Origin: Mobula hypostoma
Lineage: Eukaryota
Length of the DNA stretch: 64,000 nucleotides
NCBI RefSeq assembly: GCF_963921235.1
Contig: NC_086097.1
Location: forward strand, 59,894,001 to 59,958,000
Direction: 5' to 3'
Shown: in pieces, positions 36,911 through 48,864 of the stretch
Position numbering within the stretch: the first letter of the stretch is position 1
Layout of the letters: every line of letters begins with the position of its first letter
The notes under the pieces: model-generated
Told to the model about the DNA's origin: nothing
The model's database searches: none
The model's input: only the letters and a program-made list of their open reading frames with translations
Position numbers and translations under genes: made by a program

Positions 36911-37501
36911 TGGTTGAATGTGTGACACCTTTGAGCATTTATGGGAATGGCCTGCTTAAGGTGCAGGAAAAGTAATTACCTATCAAACAGCACCTGATTC
37001 TGCTACATTCACTGTGCCCTTGATTTCAAATAAGTACAAAAAAAAGCAAAGTTACATTTTATCTAATCATCAGAACACTGATTCTTGAGACCGGCGAAAA
37101 CATGACCCACTAAAAAAAGTGCTAATTCCATTGAAAATGAATGACATTTTCTTATTTAAAATAATCAAGGTTGATCATCTGAGTGTCTTTTTGCACAATT
37201 TTTTTCATATGTTTGTTTTTAATTTTATAAATTATATGATTATATGATAGCCCAGTACCCACAAAATCAGTTGTCCTCAGACAAGAGATTATCATTTCAA
37301 TCTGATTAAAAAAGTGTGAAAGAATTATTTAAAATGCATACTATATATGCCAGATGAAAAAGTAGATTGAAAAACCTCTTTAAAACTAAAAGCAGTGAAT
37401 TTTCAACAATATTTACTCTTATTTTGTGGTTGCTCAAAATGCGTCCCAAGTTTTTGTCAACACCATCAGATATTTATAAAAAAAAAGCAATAAAATCAGG
37501 C

Positions 37502-37733
37502 GTAAACAACAGGAATTCTGCAGATGCTGGAAATTCAAGCAACATACATCAAAGTTGCTGGTGAATGCAGCAGGCCAAGCAGCATCTATAGGAAGAGGCG
37601 CAGTCGACGTTTCAGGCCGAGACCCTTCGTCAGGACCGACGAAGGGTCTCGGCCTGAAACGTCGACTGCGCCTCTTCCTATAGATGCTGCTTGGCCTGCT
37701 GCGTTCACCAGCAACTTTGATGTATGTTGCTTT
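37502..37733 (-). mobile_element. Palindromic Penelope pseudo-LTR mini-insertion
   Basis: 13-bp TSD aataaaatcaggc (37489-37501 / 37734-37746); 95-bp arms 37537-37631 / 37638-37732 with one mismatch; 6-nt loop. Confidence 0.95.
37602..37637 (-). ncRNA. Minimal type I hammerhead ribozyme
   Basis: Minus strand ggtc CUGACGA agggtctcggcct GAAACGUC gact. The plus-strand arm lacks the CU of the core. Confidence 0.72.
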
Positions 37734-38436
37734 AATAAAATCAGGCAACCACATGGTCAACTATATTCCTGAGGACCCCATTTCCACCCTCCACATCTGC
37801 TAAATGCAACAAGATCAAACAAGCTCCTATAAGTTTGCTATTTTTCAATAATTTTTACATATTTATTGATGTTGCTACTGTCACAACCATGATGTGTCAG
37901 CACTGTCTCTTTTGTATAGAAAAAATTATTTTAAATTATGACATAAATTTAGGCATTTTAAGTAGAGGCCAGAGGCAGCTAGTAACAGAGGGAAAACAAG
38001 ATGGCTCCTATATACAACTCATGCATGTCATGTAAAAAAGTGTGTTTTCATCACCAATGTCAGACATCGACTCCATCAGGTTTTCTGTCTGACGGTGGTG
38101 ACACATAATTTGACGGTGTTGACAAAAATATCCAAATCATCCTCCATGGAGGCTTGAATATAATATGATCACAATAAATAGTAATATGGCTTGTAGTGTT
38201 TCATTAACCTCTCTATTTATAATATACATAATTTCCCCTTTATTTCTTCCACACAGCCTACAATATTTCCTTACTATATGTATCCCCAATGACTAAAACC
38301 ATAAATGAATTTAGTTGCACCATTTCATAACCATTTTATAAAAACTCACCAAATTAAACATAATTAAAGTCATAGTAATTATGCATAATTTCATAGTAAT
38401 TCCATTAAATTCTGACCTTCCTTTTATGTATTTTAG

Positions 38437-39660
38437 AACGTTATCGCTAGGCAGCAGCTTTCAGTGGAGGAGTGAAGGAGAAGAAACAGGGAATACCAAC
38501 AAAAGCAGAGAGAGAAAATGTATAGTGATCCAGAGTTAAAGGAGAAGCAAAGATGGAAGAAGAGAGTAGAGGGTGGGAAGATAAAAACTATCAGTGACTT
38601 GAATGAAAGGGAAAAGAGGAGTAAGAGAAAGGCATGAAAACGTAGACAGCAAGAGTCAAGAGAGCGTAAGAGAAAGGGCCCAGAACACCCAGAAACTCCC
38701 CCAAATAGTCTATTGGATCAGACCATACAGGAGCCAGCTCGCAGTAGGCAATCTATAGCAGGGGAAAGGGAAAGAAAGAAAACAAGAGCAAGAGACTTGA
38801 GAGAGATGAAATCTTTGAAAAATAAACTTCAAGAGATAATGAAAGATAGGAACAAACTGAAAAAGCGTTGGTGACGAGAGCAAACTAGAAATTAAAAAAC
38901 CACAAGAATCACCAAGAAAAAAAAACAGAGCAGATGCTATAGAAAAGCAACATCTTCCATGAGATGGTTGGGAGAAGCCTTTGCAGTACTCAGCTCTATC
39001 ATATTGCTGAAGGTGACTTTCAGACATATGATGCACTCCTTTCTCAACCACTAAAACCTATACCAGAAATGAGGAAAATCCATCAGGTCATACCTTATGG
39101 AAACAGCATCCATTGCAGATCAATGTCATGTTTCTGCAGTAAGCCACAGATATGCCAGTGTTTCAGCCCAACAACATTTCAGTTGACTGAAAATACACAT
39201 GCCAGGGTACAGGCTGAGGAGAACAATGGCCCTACCACAATGGGAAAGAACAGAGGGCCTATGGCAATACTGATGGAGGAAATGGAGCAGGAACCGCAGA
39301 GTAGTCCTGATGGGACTACAACAGATATATCTGCTAGTTTCATTAATTGTGAAGATTGGCTTTCAGTCATTTATGACCAAAATTAGTGGTTAGCAAAGGC
39401 TGTCACTGTGGATGTTCATCATCAAGATGTTCAAGTGGAGTTTTTCCACCCTCATGGGCCCAACACGTGCTTCTATTTAAAACCAGGGGTAGAAAGGATA
39501 TGTGCCTCATACCAGTTGAAGATATTCTGGTCAAACTGATGGAGCCATCATCACCGGGTCGTGCAAGCAGGACGTGGGAGATCTAACACCTGTCTGCTGA
39601 AGTCATGGACTTCATAGAGGAAGAGCATATTAATCGTCTACTTCCTGATAAAGCTGACTG
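38437..39660 (+). pseudogene. Transposase-like remnant: N- and C-terminal parts fused, catalytic core absent
   Basis: RWKKRVEGGKIKTISDLNEREKRSKRK...ETPP; LKPIPEMRKIHQV...RSMSCFCSKPQICQC; WLSVIYDQN*WLAK...VQVEFFHPHGP; preceded by ctgac...tattttag acceptor (AG 38435-38436). Confidence 0.65.
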
Positions 39661-40035
39661 AACATTTTCGAAGATTTTCAAGCCCAGAAATGGATGGATT
39701 TTTTTTTAGTTGCTGGTGTGTTTTCTGATGTTTATGCTTAAACGTTGCAGTTGTACTGTAGTTTTTATTTTCTGTTTACCGTTGTTGTTAATACTTACAG
39801 AAGGATAAAATGTACATGACAAATTGTTATTTGTTGTACCAAATTATTAAATAAAGTTATTAAGCAAGGAAGCATTGTCGAGTGATGAAAAGGTTGGAAT
39901 TGTTTGTTGTAATTAGGCCACTGCCACCACTGTCAGGTCTCAGTCACCACCGTAAGAAGGAACTTTCTTTGTTTTAAATTAATATGCTTACAATCTGTTC
40001 CTCCAAAACAGTTGATTTACTAAAGTAATTGTCTC

Positions 40036-40335
40036 TTTAAAATTAAAAATGTATTTTTATGTCCAAAATTGTTATTTTGTATATTTAATGCTAATGATAA
40101 AAGTTGCATGATGTAAGAGTTTTTAAAGGAGTACTCATGAAATAGTGTAAAAAATGAACAAAAGTGAATATTCAACATTAAAAATTCAATATTTAAAATT
40201 AAAAATGTATTTTTATGTCCAAAATTGTTATTTTGTATATTTAATGCTAATGATAAAAGTTGCATGATGTAAGAGTTTTCAAATGAGTACTCATGAAATA
40301 GTGTAAAAAATGAACAAAAGTGAATATTCAGCATT
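40036..40335. repeat. 156-bp tandem duplication (about 1.9 copies)
   Basis: tttaaaattaaaaatgtattt... starts at 40036 and 40192; few mismatches. Confidence 0.95.
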
Positions 40336-41220
40336 TAACAGCATATATGTGTACCTATGGTGCAGACACAATGATTTAAAAGCTCTAAGTCTATATAGGA
40401 CTAAATAAATAGGAAGAATTAGCTTTTTATTGTGTCTGACTGTGTTGACAAAAACTAAGTAATGACAGAAAAAACACATATTTAATGAAAAAATTACAAA
40501 ATTAGGAGGTTGCACCGAAATATTGCTTGATTGCTGAGACCTTGTTCTATAAACATATAAGTTTAGATTTCTCAACATTTAATTTTTTTTCTTTTCAAAA
40601 TTAAAACCTGTTTTACCCAAATTCTCAAGAATCAGTAGGAAGTTATTCAACAGGTATACTTCCAAATATTCATTTTATCACTTTAAGCCTGACATCTCAA
40701 AAGACTTATAATTATAAAAAGACAAATCTGACATCAACACTAAATCTTTTCTTCAGTCAGTCATTGTCCACACAATTGAAAGCACAATTTCTGTTCCTTT
40801 CAGAACATTTGTTCAAATGAATGTGATCCTAAAAATAATAAAATAAAGAGCTTCACATTTCCATCCACCTACCAAACAAGATAAAGGAATGGAAAAATAA
40901 TATCAGTCTAAATGGTTGTAAAGCAAAGATTGTGCTGATCCAAGTCTGATAAATACCACAGAAAATATTTAAAACAATGAATTTTGATCTGGATACAGAA
41001 CAAAATTTTCCCTTAGCTGTGCAACACCAAGATTAAGTGTTTGTTTACTGGGAATAGCTTTGATTTGACGGTGGATTAAGGAGATATTAAATGGACTAGT
41101 AAACACCATCAGATCTGCACATGTGCAAACCATTTTAGTGGGAATAGTTTGCAGTTGCAGTCCTTTAATTTGAAACTACAGGTGACTACCGGAAGCTGTG
41201 GAATTTTTATTGAAATATGT

Positions 41221-43070
41221 GGTAATGATAGAGATCTAGAAGCTTATTAGGCTAGCAGGAAGGAGCTTAAGAAAGAAATTAGGAAAGCCAGAAGGGGCCA
41301 TGATAAGGTCTTGGCGGACAGAATTAAGGAACACCCCAAGGCATTCTACACGTATGTGAAGAGCAAGAGGATAAGGCTTAATGAGTAATTTGCTTCAGCA
41401 TTCACTACGGAAAAGAAACTTGGTAATTGTAGGGATGACTTACAGTGAACTCAAAAGCTTGAGTATGTAGATATTAAGAAAGAGGATGTGCTGGAGCTTT
41501 TGGAAATCATCAAGTTGGATAACTCACCAGGACCAAATGAGATGTGGAAGGCAAGGGAAGAGATTGCTGAGCCTCTGGTGATGATCTTTGCATCATCAAT
41601 GGGGAAGGGAATATTTCTGGAGGATTGGAGGGTTGCAGACGTTGTTCCCCTATTCAAGAAAGGGAGTAGAGATAGCCCAGGAAACTATAGCCGGTGAGCC
41701 TTACTTCAGTGCTTGGTAAGTTGATGGAGAAGATCCTGAGGGGATATATGAACATTTGGAGAGGCATAATATGATTAGGAATAGTCAACATGGCTTTGTC
41801 AAAGGCAGGCCGTGCTTTACGAGCCTGACTGAATTTTTTGAGGATGTGACTAAACACATTGATAAAGGTAGAGCAGTAGATGTAGGGTATATGGATTTCA
41901 GCAAGGCATTTGACCAGGTACCCCATGCAAGGCTTATTGAGAAAGTAAGGAGGCATGGGATCCAAGGGGACATTGCTCTGTGGATCCAGAACTGACTTGC
42001 CCACAGAAGGCTGTAGTTGTAGTGGTTGTAGACGGGTCATATTCTGCATGGAGGTTGGTCACCAGTGGTGTGCCTCAAGGATCTGTTCTGGGACCGTTAC
42101 TCATTGTGATTTTTATAAATGACCTGGATGAGGAAGTGGAGGGATCGGTTAGTAAGTTTGCTGATGACGCAAAGGTTGGGGGTGTTGTGGATAGTGTGGA
42201 GGGCCATCAGAGGTTACAGCAGGACATCGATAGGATGCAAAACTGGGCTGAGAAGTGGCAGATGGAATTCAACCCAGATAAATGAGGTGGTTCATTTCGG
42301 TAGGTCAAATATGATGGCAGAATATAGTATTATTGGTAAGACTCTTGGCAGTGTGGAGGATCAGAGGGATCTTGTGGTCTGAGTCCATAGGACACTCAAA
42401 GCAGCTGCGCAGGTTGACTCTGTGGTTAAAAGGGCATACGGTGCAATGGCCTTCATCAATCGTGTGATTGAGTTTAGGAGCCGAGAGGTAATATTACAGC
42501 TATATAGGATGCTGATCAGACCCCACTTGGAGTACTGTGCTCAGTTTTGGTTGCCTCACTTTAAGAAGGATGTGGAAATCATAGAAAGGGTGCAGAGGAG
42601 ATTTACAAGGATGTTGGCTGGATTGGGGAGCATGCCTTATGAGAATAATTTGAGTGAACTGGGCCTTTTCTCCTTGGAGCTGCAGAGGATGAGAGGTGAC
42701 CTGATAGAGGTGTATAAGATGATGAGAGGCATTGATCATGTGGATAGTCAGAGGCTTTTTCCCAGGTCTGAAATGGCTAGCATGGGAGGGCACAGTTTTA
42801 AGGTGCTTGGAAGTAGGTACAGGGGTACCTACTTCAGCGGTAAGTTTTTTACGCAGAATGGTGAGTGCGTGGAATGGGCTGCTGGCGACGGTGGTGGAGG
42901 CGGATATGATAAGATCTTTTAAGAGACACTTGGATAGGTACATGGAGCTCAGAAAAATAGGGGGCTATGGATAACCTTAGGTAATTTCTAGGGTAAGGAC
43001 ATGTTCAGCACAGCTTTGTGGGCCGAATGGCCTGTATTGTGCTGTAGGTTTTCTATGTTTCTATGTTTCC
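41221..43070 (+). mobile_element. 5'-truncated CR1 LINE, same subfamily as 14649-19250
   Basis: QHGFVKGR, DFSKAF, KFADDAK, RPHLEYCAQFW; (tttctatg)n tail. Confidence 0.95.
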
Positions 43071-43401
43071 ATGTATTCCATTCAGGGTCCAACATGAGCA
43101 CTTTACCATCTTACTTTACCCAGAAAGGGTAAAGGTCAAGTGGAAGTAGTTCAGACTGCTGTTCCCACTCAGTATTACTCGGGAGTGGAAGCAGCAGGCA
43201 GTTTTTGAAAGAATTATTCAAAGAAACACTCTCTCACTGAAGTAATATCAATGGAATCAATTTGCTCTTCAAGCTCTTTAGTGAGGACCCTTATTGTGAC
43301 TGCAGCAAATGACATTGTCCTGCCAACTGGACAGCAGCCCACATCCACTTCAAACAGGTCCGCTCTTTGGGAGTCCAGTCAATTTCTATTATTCAGTGTA
43401 A

Positions 43402-44095
43402 GACCATAATATAGAAGGGCAGTATTCAGCTATTTGACTCATTGTGTCTGCTCTGCCAAACCATTATGCCTGATTTATTATCCCTCTCAACTCCATTCTC
43501 CTCTCTTCTCCCTGTAACTTTTGATGCCCTTACTAATCAAGAACCTATCAATCTCCACTTTAAATAAACCCAATAATTTGGCCTCCATAGCCTTCCAATG
43601 AATATGTCCTTGCAAGACTGAACTATAATAGTCTGCATACAGGTAATCAATAGTTTCCAACTCAATGAAGCAGATAGATTAATTCACTTCTTTTCACTCC
43701 TTCTCATTTATTTTGATCTGACACATTAACTCTTTTTTTCTACAGATGCTCCCTGAGCCGTGACTTCTACAGATTCACCACCCTCAGGCTTCAGAAATTG
43801 CTCCTCATCTCTGTTTTTCTATTCTGAGGATCTTCCCTCTGGTCCTAAACTCCTCCACTATAGATGGCATCCCCTCCACGTCCACTCTATCTTGGCCTTC
43901 CAATATTCAATGGGAAACCCCTCATTCTTTGATACTTCAGCAAGTACAGGCCTGGAGCTATCAAACGCTTATCCTTTTCATTCCCGTGATTATTCCTGTG
44001 AACCTCCTTTGGATCCTCTCCTATGCCAGCATTCTTAGATGGGGGGCCCAAAACAGCTCACAATACTCCAAGAGGAGTCTGACTAAAGTGTTCGT
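43402..44095 (-). mobile_element. Degraded CR1 3' fragment containing a ~160-bp non-CR1 insert
   Basis: agaccata tail and CR1 3' similarity; insert at ~43597-43757. Confidence 0.75.
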
Positions 44096-46482
44096 AAGCG
44101 TCAGCTTTCACCTTTACCTTTCACAGGCAATAGGAATGGTGTACCTTCCAAAACAGGACTCTAAGCGTCTGTAGACATGTAATCAATAGTTTCCAACTCA
44201 ATGAACCAGAAAGCTTCATTCACTTATTTTCACTCCTTCTCATTTCTTTAAAAGGATCTTTGACTTGACACATTAACTCTCTGTAATGGCCTGTGTGGAT
44301 CAGTCCCAAAAGACCCAAACTATTTCCATTGTTCAGGAGATGTAGTAATAAGTGTACAAGCACAATAAAGTAACTTAAGCCTAATTATTACCATACAATA
44401 GAAAGCACAAATAGGCCACACAAAATGCTATGTAGCAAGTTATAAAGGTTTCCATAAAATTTCAGAATTTACGATTCTCAGCTGCCACTTGATTGCCGCC
44501 AATGCCGGAGGGATTGTACTGCCACTGTTGTCATGGGAACCCTGAATTCTGACTTGTGAAGTCACCGTGGGTCCATCCTAGTCCCCTATCGATCGTGATT
44601 CTTTGGTCTAGGTGAAGTCCCAGGAACTGAGAGAAAGGTGCCTCAATAAATAGGGCTCAATCCACAAGCACTGAGAGACACACAAAATCAGAGTAGCTCT
44701 TTGGTCTTTTGTTCTCATGCCACTAACTTAGCATAAATACACACAACTGAGTACTGGTGTGTACATCTACTAGGTTTCCCTGAATCTCTATGAACAAAGA
44801 GAGTCAAAGAAGAGAAAAGGTAATAACTGAGAAAAAGCATCCACACTGGCCAAATATTCCTTGTGGTCCTGGTGTGATCTCAATGTGTCCGATGTGGTGT
44901 CCTCCACATCCGCAATGTTTGGTCTCCAGAAAGTTGTTGCTGCCTGTGCTGCCAATATTCTCATTCTTATCCTTTTCCTTAACAGATCAATCTATGAAAA
45001 TTCAGTATACCTGGCTCATGGACATCTGATAGGCCTGTGTCAGTTCTCATTGGATGTAGCCCAAGTCTACAAGTAGTGTTGTTTTTATGGCCTTCGCCTT
45101 CAACTTAGTTTCTTAGGTTACTTCTTTTCTCCTATTCAACTCTAATTGTTCAAATCAGTCAAACTAGGTCACCCAGAAACTGGGCCCAGATGATGAGATT
45201 ACTTCTGCAAACCTGCCACTTACACAACAAACAGCTCCTTATCTGAGAATGTAGTGTGACGATATCCTGAATTATCCCTTATGGACTGTACCTTTATAAA
45301 GAAAGAGAGGGTGCAACTGATTCAGAGAGAGAGAACAACGAGTAGCTCGGGAGTCATCATGGTGACTGAGGGTGGAGTTATTTGATGGACAATTGATGTT
45401 ATGGTTTCTCTGAGGTGCGTTTACTTTTTACAAGGACAGTTACAGACACAGAGAAACACATGCTCAGAGTCAAGATCGATTCGGTCAATGGAAGACACCA
45501 GTGAGTCGGTTGCTGGTTTAAACTTTCAGTAGTCCAAAAGGGGTGAGTTGAGTTCGATCCTGAGTATTAATAAATGACTCTCAAAAGTTTTCCGCATCTA
45601 GAACAAGTTTGCAGGAAGAGACGAGAGGAGAGATAGGTTTGAAATAGAAGAAACCTAGTGACAAAGATGTCACTCTCTCCTGAGTAGCCCGTAAGGGTGA
45701 GTTTGAGTTCCATTCGAATAGGAAGTGTGATTGTCACTTAGTTAATCCACAGGAGTGGGTCTCTAGTGAGGGGAAAACCTTTGTGAATACCACGTGTGAA
45801 TTTACCCTTCGTCTGGGTGTGGTAGTTCACTGAAGAAAGGTAACCCTGTGGCAAATCACTGTTGGAGTTATTTCATATATCGTGGTCTGGATAAGTGGCT
45901 ATCACTGTTGTGTGTTTGGAGTAACCTTGTGTGGAAACTACCTGTGTGTGATAATCCTTGCCTGGGTCGGTAGCTTTACTGCTTGAAGACTGTACCTCAG
46001 TGATAGACTACTGTTGGTGATAATTTATACGTGGATTCTGTTTGAGTATCCTGTGGCCACCACTTTGAGATGTCCTGTAGCTGAACTCGGGTGTGGTACC
46101 ACCAGTGTTGAAAGGATATTCGTTGAAAATCACTGTCGGTGATATTTCGTGTGTGGAGTGGAACAATTTCGGAGATAAAAACTACAGCCCTTGTTATCTG
46201 AATTGCTGTCATGGAATCTGTGGATTATCGACGTAATTGCCTTCTCACAACATTCGCCTTTTGAATTACAAATATCTCTCATTAATTAACCTGAGCATTG
46301 AACTGAACTATCTTACATTCCATCGTAAGACTGTATCCCTTACAGCCTAAAGTTGAAGAAGTTTGAGTTTTATATTTACACACCTGTATATGCATAATTT
46401 CTGCTAACCTGTTTGATTTATTTGGTTTTATATTACTGTATTGCGTAGTTACTAATAAAAATAGCATTAGTTAAAAGCAACA

Positions 46483-48594
46483 TGAAGAGGATATTGATGG
46501 GCTCACAGAGTGCATCACTGATTACATCAACTTCTGTGTGGACTGCAATGTTCCGACAAGAACTGTCCTTTGTTATTCAAATAACAAGCCATGGGTGACA
46601 AAGGATATTAAGGACATCCTGAATGCTAAAAAGAGGGTGTTTAGAGATGGAAACAGGGAGGAGCTGAGGTCAATACAGAGGGACCTGAAAGCCAGGATCA
46701 GGGATGCTAAAGACAGGTACAGGAGGAAGCTGGAGTGGAAACTCCAGCAGAACAACATGAGAGAGGTCTGGAGGGGGATGAGGACCATCACTGAGTTCCG
46801 GCAAACTAGCAACAGAGGAGCTGGAGGCAGTGTGGACAGGGCCAATGAACTTAACCTGTTCGTTAACAGATTTGATATTTTGACCCCTGCCCATCCCCCA
46901 CATGAGCCATCTGTTCTCGGACCCCCAATCAACACATTTTCCACTCTCCCCTGCTACCCCTCCTCACAGTCCCCCACCCTGCTCTCATGACTATACCCCT
47001 CCCTCACACAAAACCACCACGGTGGGCTTCACAGCTGAACAGGTGAGAAGACAGCTGAAACGTCTCAACCCAAGCAAGGCTGCAGGACTGGATGGTATCA
47101 GTACCAGGGTGCTCAAAGCCTGTGCCCCTCAGCTATGTGGAGTACTTCGTCATGTATTCAACCTGAGCCTGAGGCTCCGGAGGGTTCCTGTACTGTGGAA
47201 AACATCCTGCCTTGTCCCTGTGCCGAAGGCTCCGCGCCCCAGCAGCCTCAATGACTACAGACCGGTGGCATTGACCTCCCACATCATGAAGACCCTGGAG
47301 AGACTTCTTCTGGAACTGCTCTGGCTTATGGTCAGGCCACACTTAGATCCCCTCCAGTTCGCCTACCAGCCCCGACTAGGAGTTGAGGATGCCATCGTCT
47401 ACCTGCTGAACTGCATCTACGCCCACCTGGACAAGCCAGCGAGCACTGTGAGGGTCATGTTTTTTGACTTCTCCAGTGCGTTCAACACCATCTGCCCTGC
47501 TCTGCTGGGGGAGAAGCTGACAGTGATGCAGGTGGATGCTTTCCTGGTGTCATGGATTCTCGATTACCTGACTGGCAGACCACAGTACGTGCACTTGCAA
47601 CACTGTGTGTCTGACAGAGTGGTCAGCAGCACTGGGGCTCCACAGGGGACTGTCTTGTCTCCCTTTCTCTTCACCATTTACACCTCGGACTTCAGCTATT
47701 GCACAGAGTCTTGTCATCTTCAGAAGTTTTCGGATGACTCTGTCATAGTTGGATACATCAGCAAAGGAGATGAGGTTGAGTACAGGACTACGGTAGGAAA
47801 CTTTGTCAAATGGTGTGAGCAGAATTATCTGCAGCTTAATGTGAAAAAGACTAAAGAGCTGGTGGCAGACCTGAGGAGAGCGAAGGTACCCGTGACCCCC
47901 GTTTCCATCCAGGGGGTCAGTGTGGACATGGTGGAGGATTACAAATACCTGGGGATATGAATTTACAATAAACTGGACTGGTCAAAGAACACTAAGGCTG
48001 TCTACAAGAAGAGTCAGAGCCGTCTCTACTTCCTGAGGAGACAGGTCCTTTAACATCTGCCGGACGATGCTGAGGATGTTCTACGAGTCTGTGGTGGCCA
48101 GTGCTATCATACTTGCTGTTGTGTGCTGGGGCAGCAGGCTGAGGGTAGCAGACACCAACAGAATCAACAAACTTATTCGTAAGGCCAGTGATGTTGTGGG
48201 GATGGAACTGGACTCTCTCACGGTGGTGTCAGAAAAGAGGATGCTGTCTAAGTTGCATGCCATCTTGGTCAATGTCTCCCATCCACTACATAATGTACTG
48301 GGTGGGCACAGGAGTTCATTCAGTCAGAGACTCATTCCTCCAAGATGCAACACAGAGCGTCATAGGAAGTCATTCCTGCCTGTGGCCATCAAACTTTACA
48401 ACTCCTCCCTTGGAGGGTCAGACACCATGTGCCGATAGGCTGGTCCTGGATTTATTTCATAATTTACTGGCATAATTTACATATTACTATTTAACTATTT
48501 ATGGTTCTAAGACTATTTATTATTTATGGTGCAACTGTAATGAAAACCAATTTCCCCCTGGGATCAATAAAGTATGGCTATGACTATGACTATG
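46483..48594 (+). mobile_element. 5'-truncated Rex1/Babar LINE
   Basis: NNKPWVT, DYRPVALTS, QFAYQP, FFDFSSAFNTI, GAPQGTVLSP, KFSDDS; (ctatga)n tail; probable short TSD aaca. Confidence 0.95.
46902..47960 (+). pseudogene. Rex1/Babar reverse transcriptase, frameshifted and with a premature stop
   Basis: 352-aa open segment carrying the RT motifs. Confidence 0.9.
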
Positions 48595-48864
48595 AACACC
48601 AGACTCCAGGTGTGTTCCATTTCTGCTGGTTCTTTTAACCCGTTATGGGGTATGTAACAGTAGCAGATCATTGGCAAAAACTATTTCTGCCCATGTTCAA
48701 TTGCTCTGATTAAATTACCCCAGAGCAAGAATCAGTTCATCAAACAGTTCATAAAATAGTGGCTGCAAAGGGAGCCTCACAAATTGGCTGCACCCATTCC
48801 TGTTCATTGATTGTAGTTTTTTTCTGGTCATCACCTTAATTTCCCTGCAATACAAAAATCTATC

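Larger units (their letters stand above)
37077..40636 (+). mobile_element. TIR DNA transposon, internally deleted (superfamily uncertain, Sola2-like remnant)
   Basis: 14-bp perfect TIR actgattcttgaga (37077-37090) / tctcaagaatcagt (40623-40636); subterminal tttttgtcaacac.tcaga motifs; transposase-like remnants. Confidence 0.72.
45255..48659 (+). mobile_element. Solo LTR (~1.3 kb) interrupted by a Rex1 LINE
   Basis: TGTGAC...TAACA ends; 4-bp TSD gtag (45251-45254 / 48660-48663); AATAAA at ~46454; U5 end similar to the 33410 LTR. Confidence 0.92.

Noticed and set aside
37434..37772. Identical peptides on both strands (RRSRRFRPRPFV...)
   Set aside because: An artefact of the DNA palindrome; not coding.
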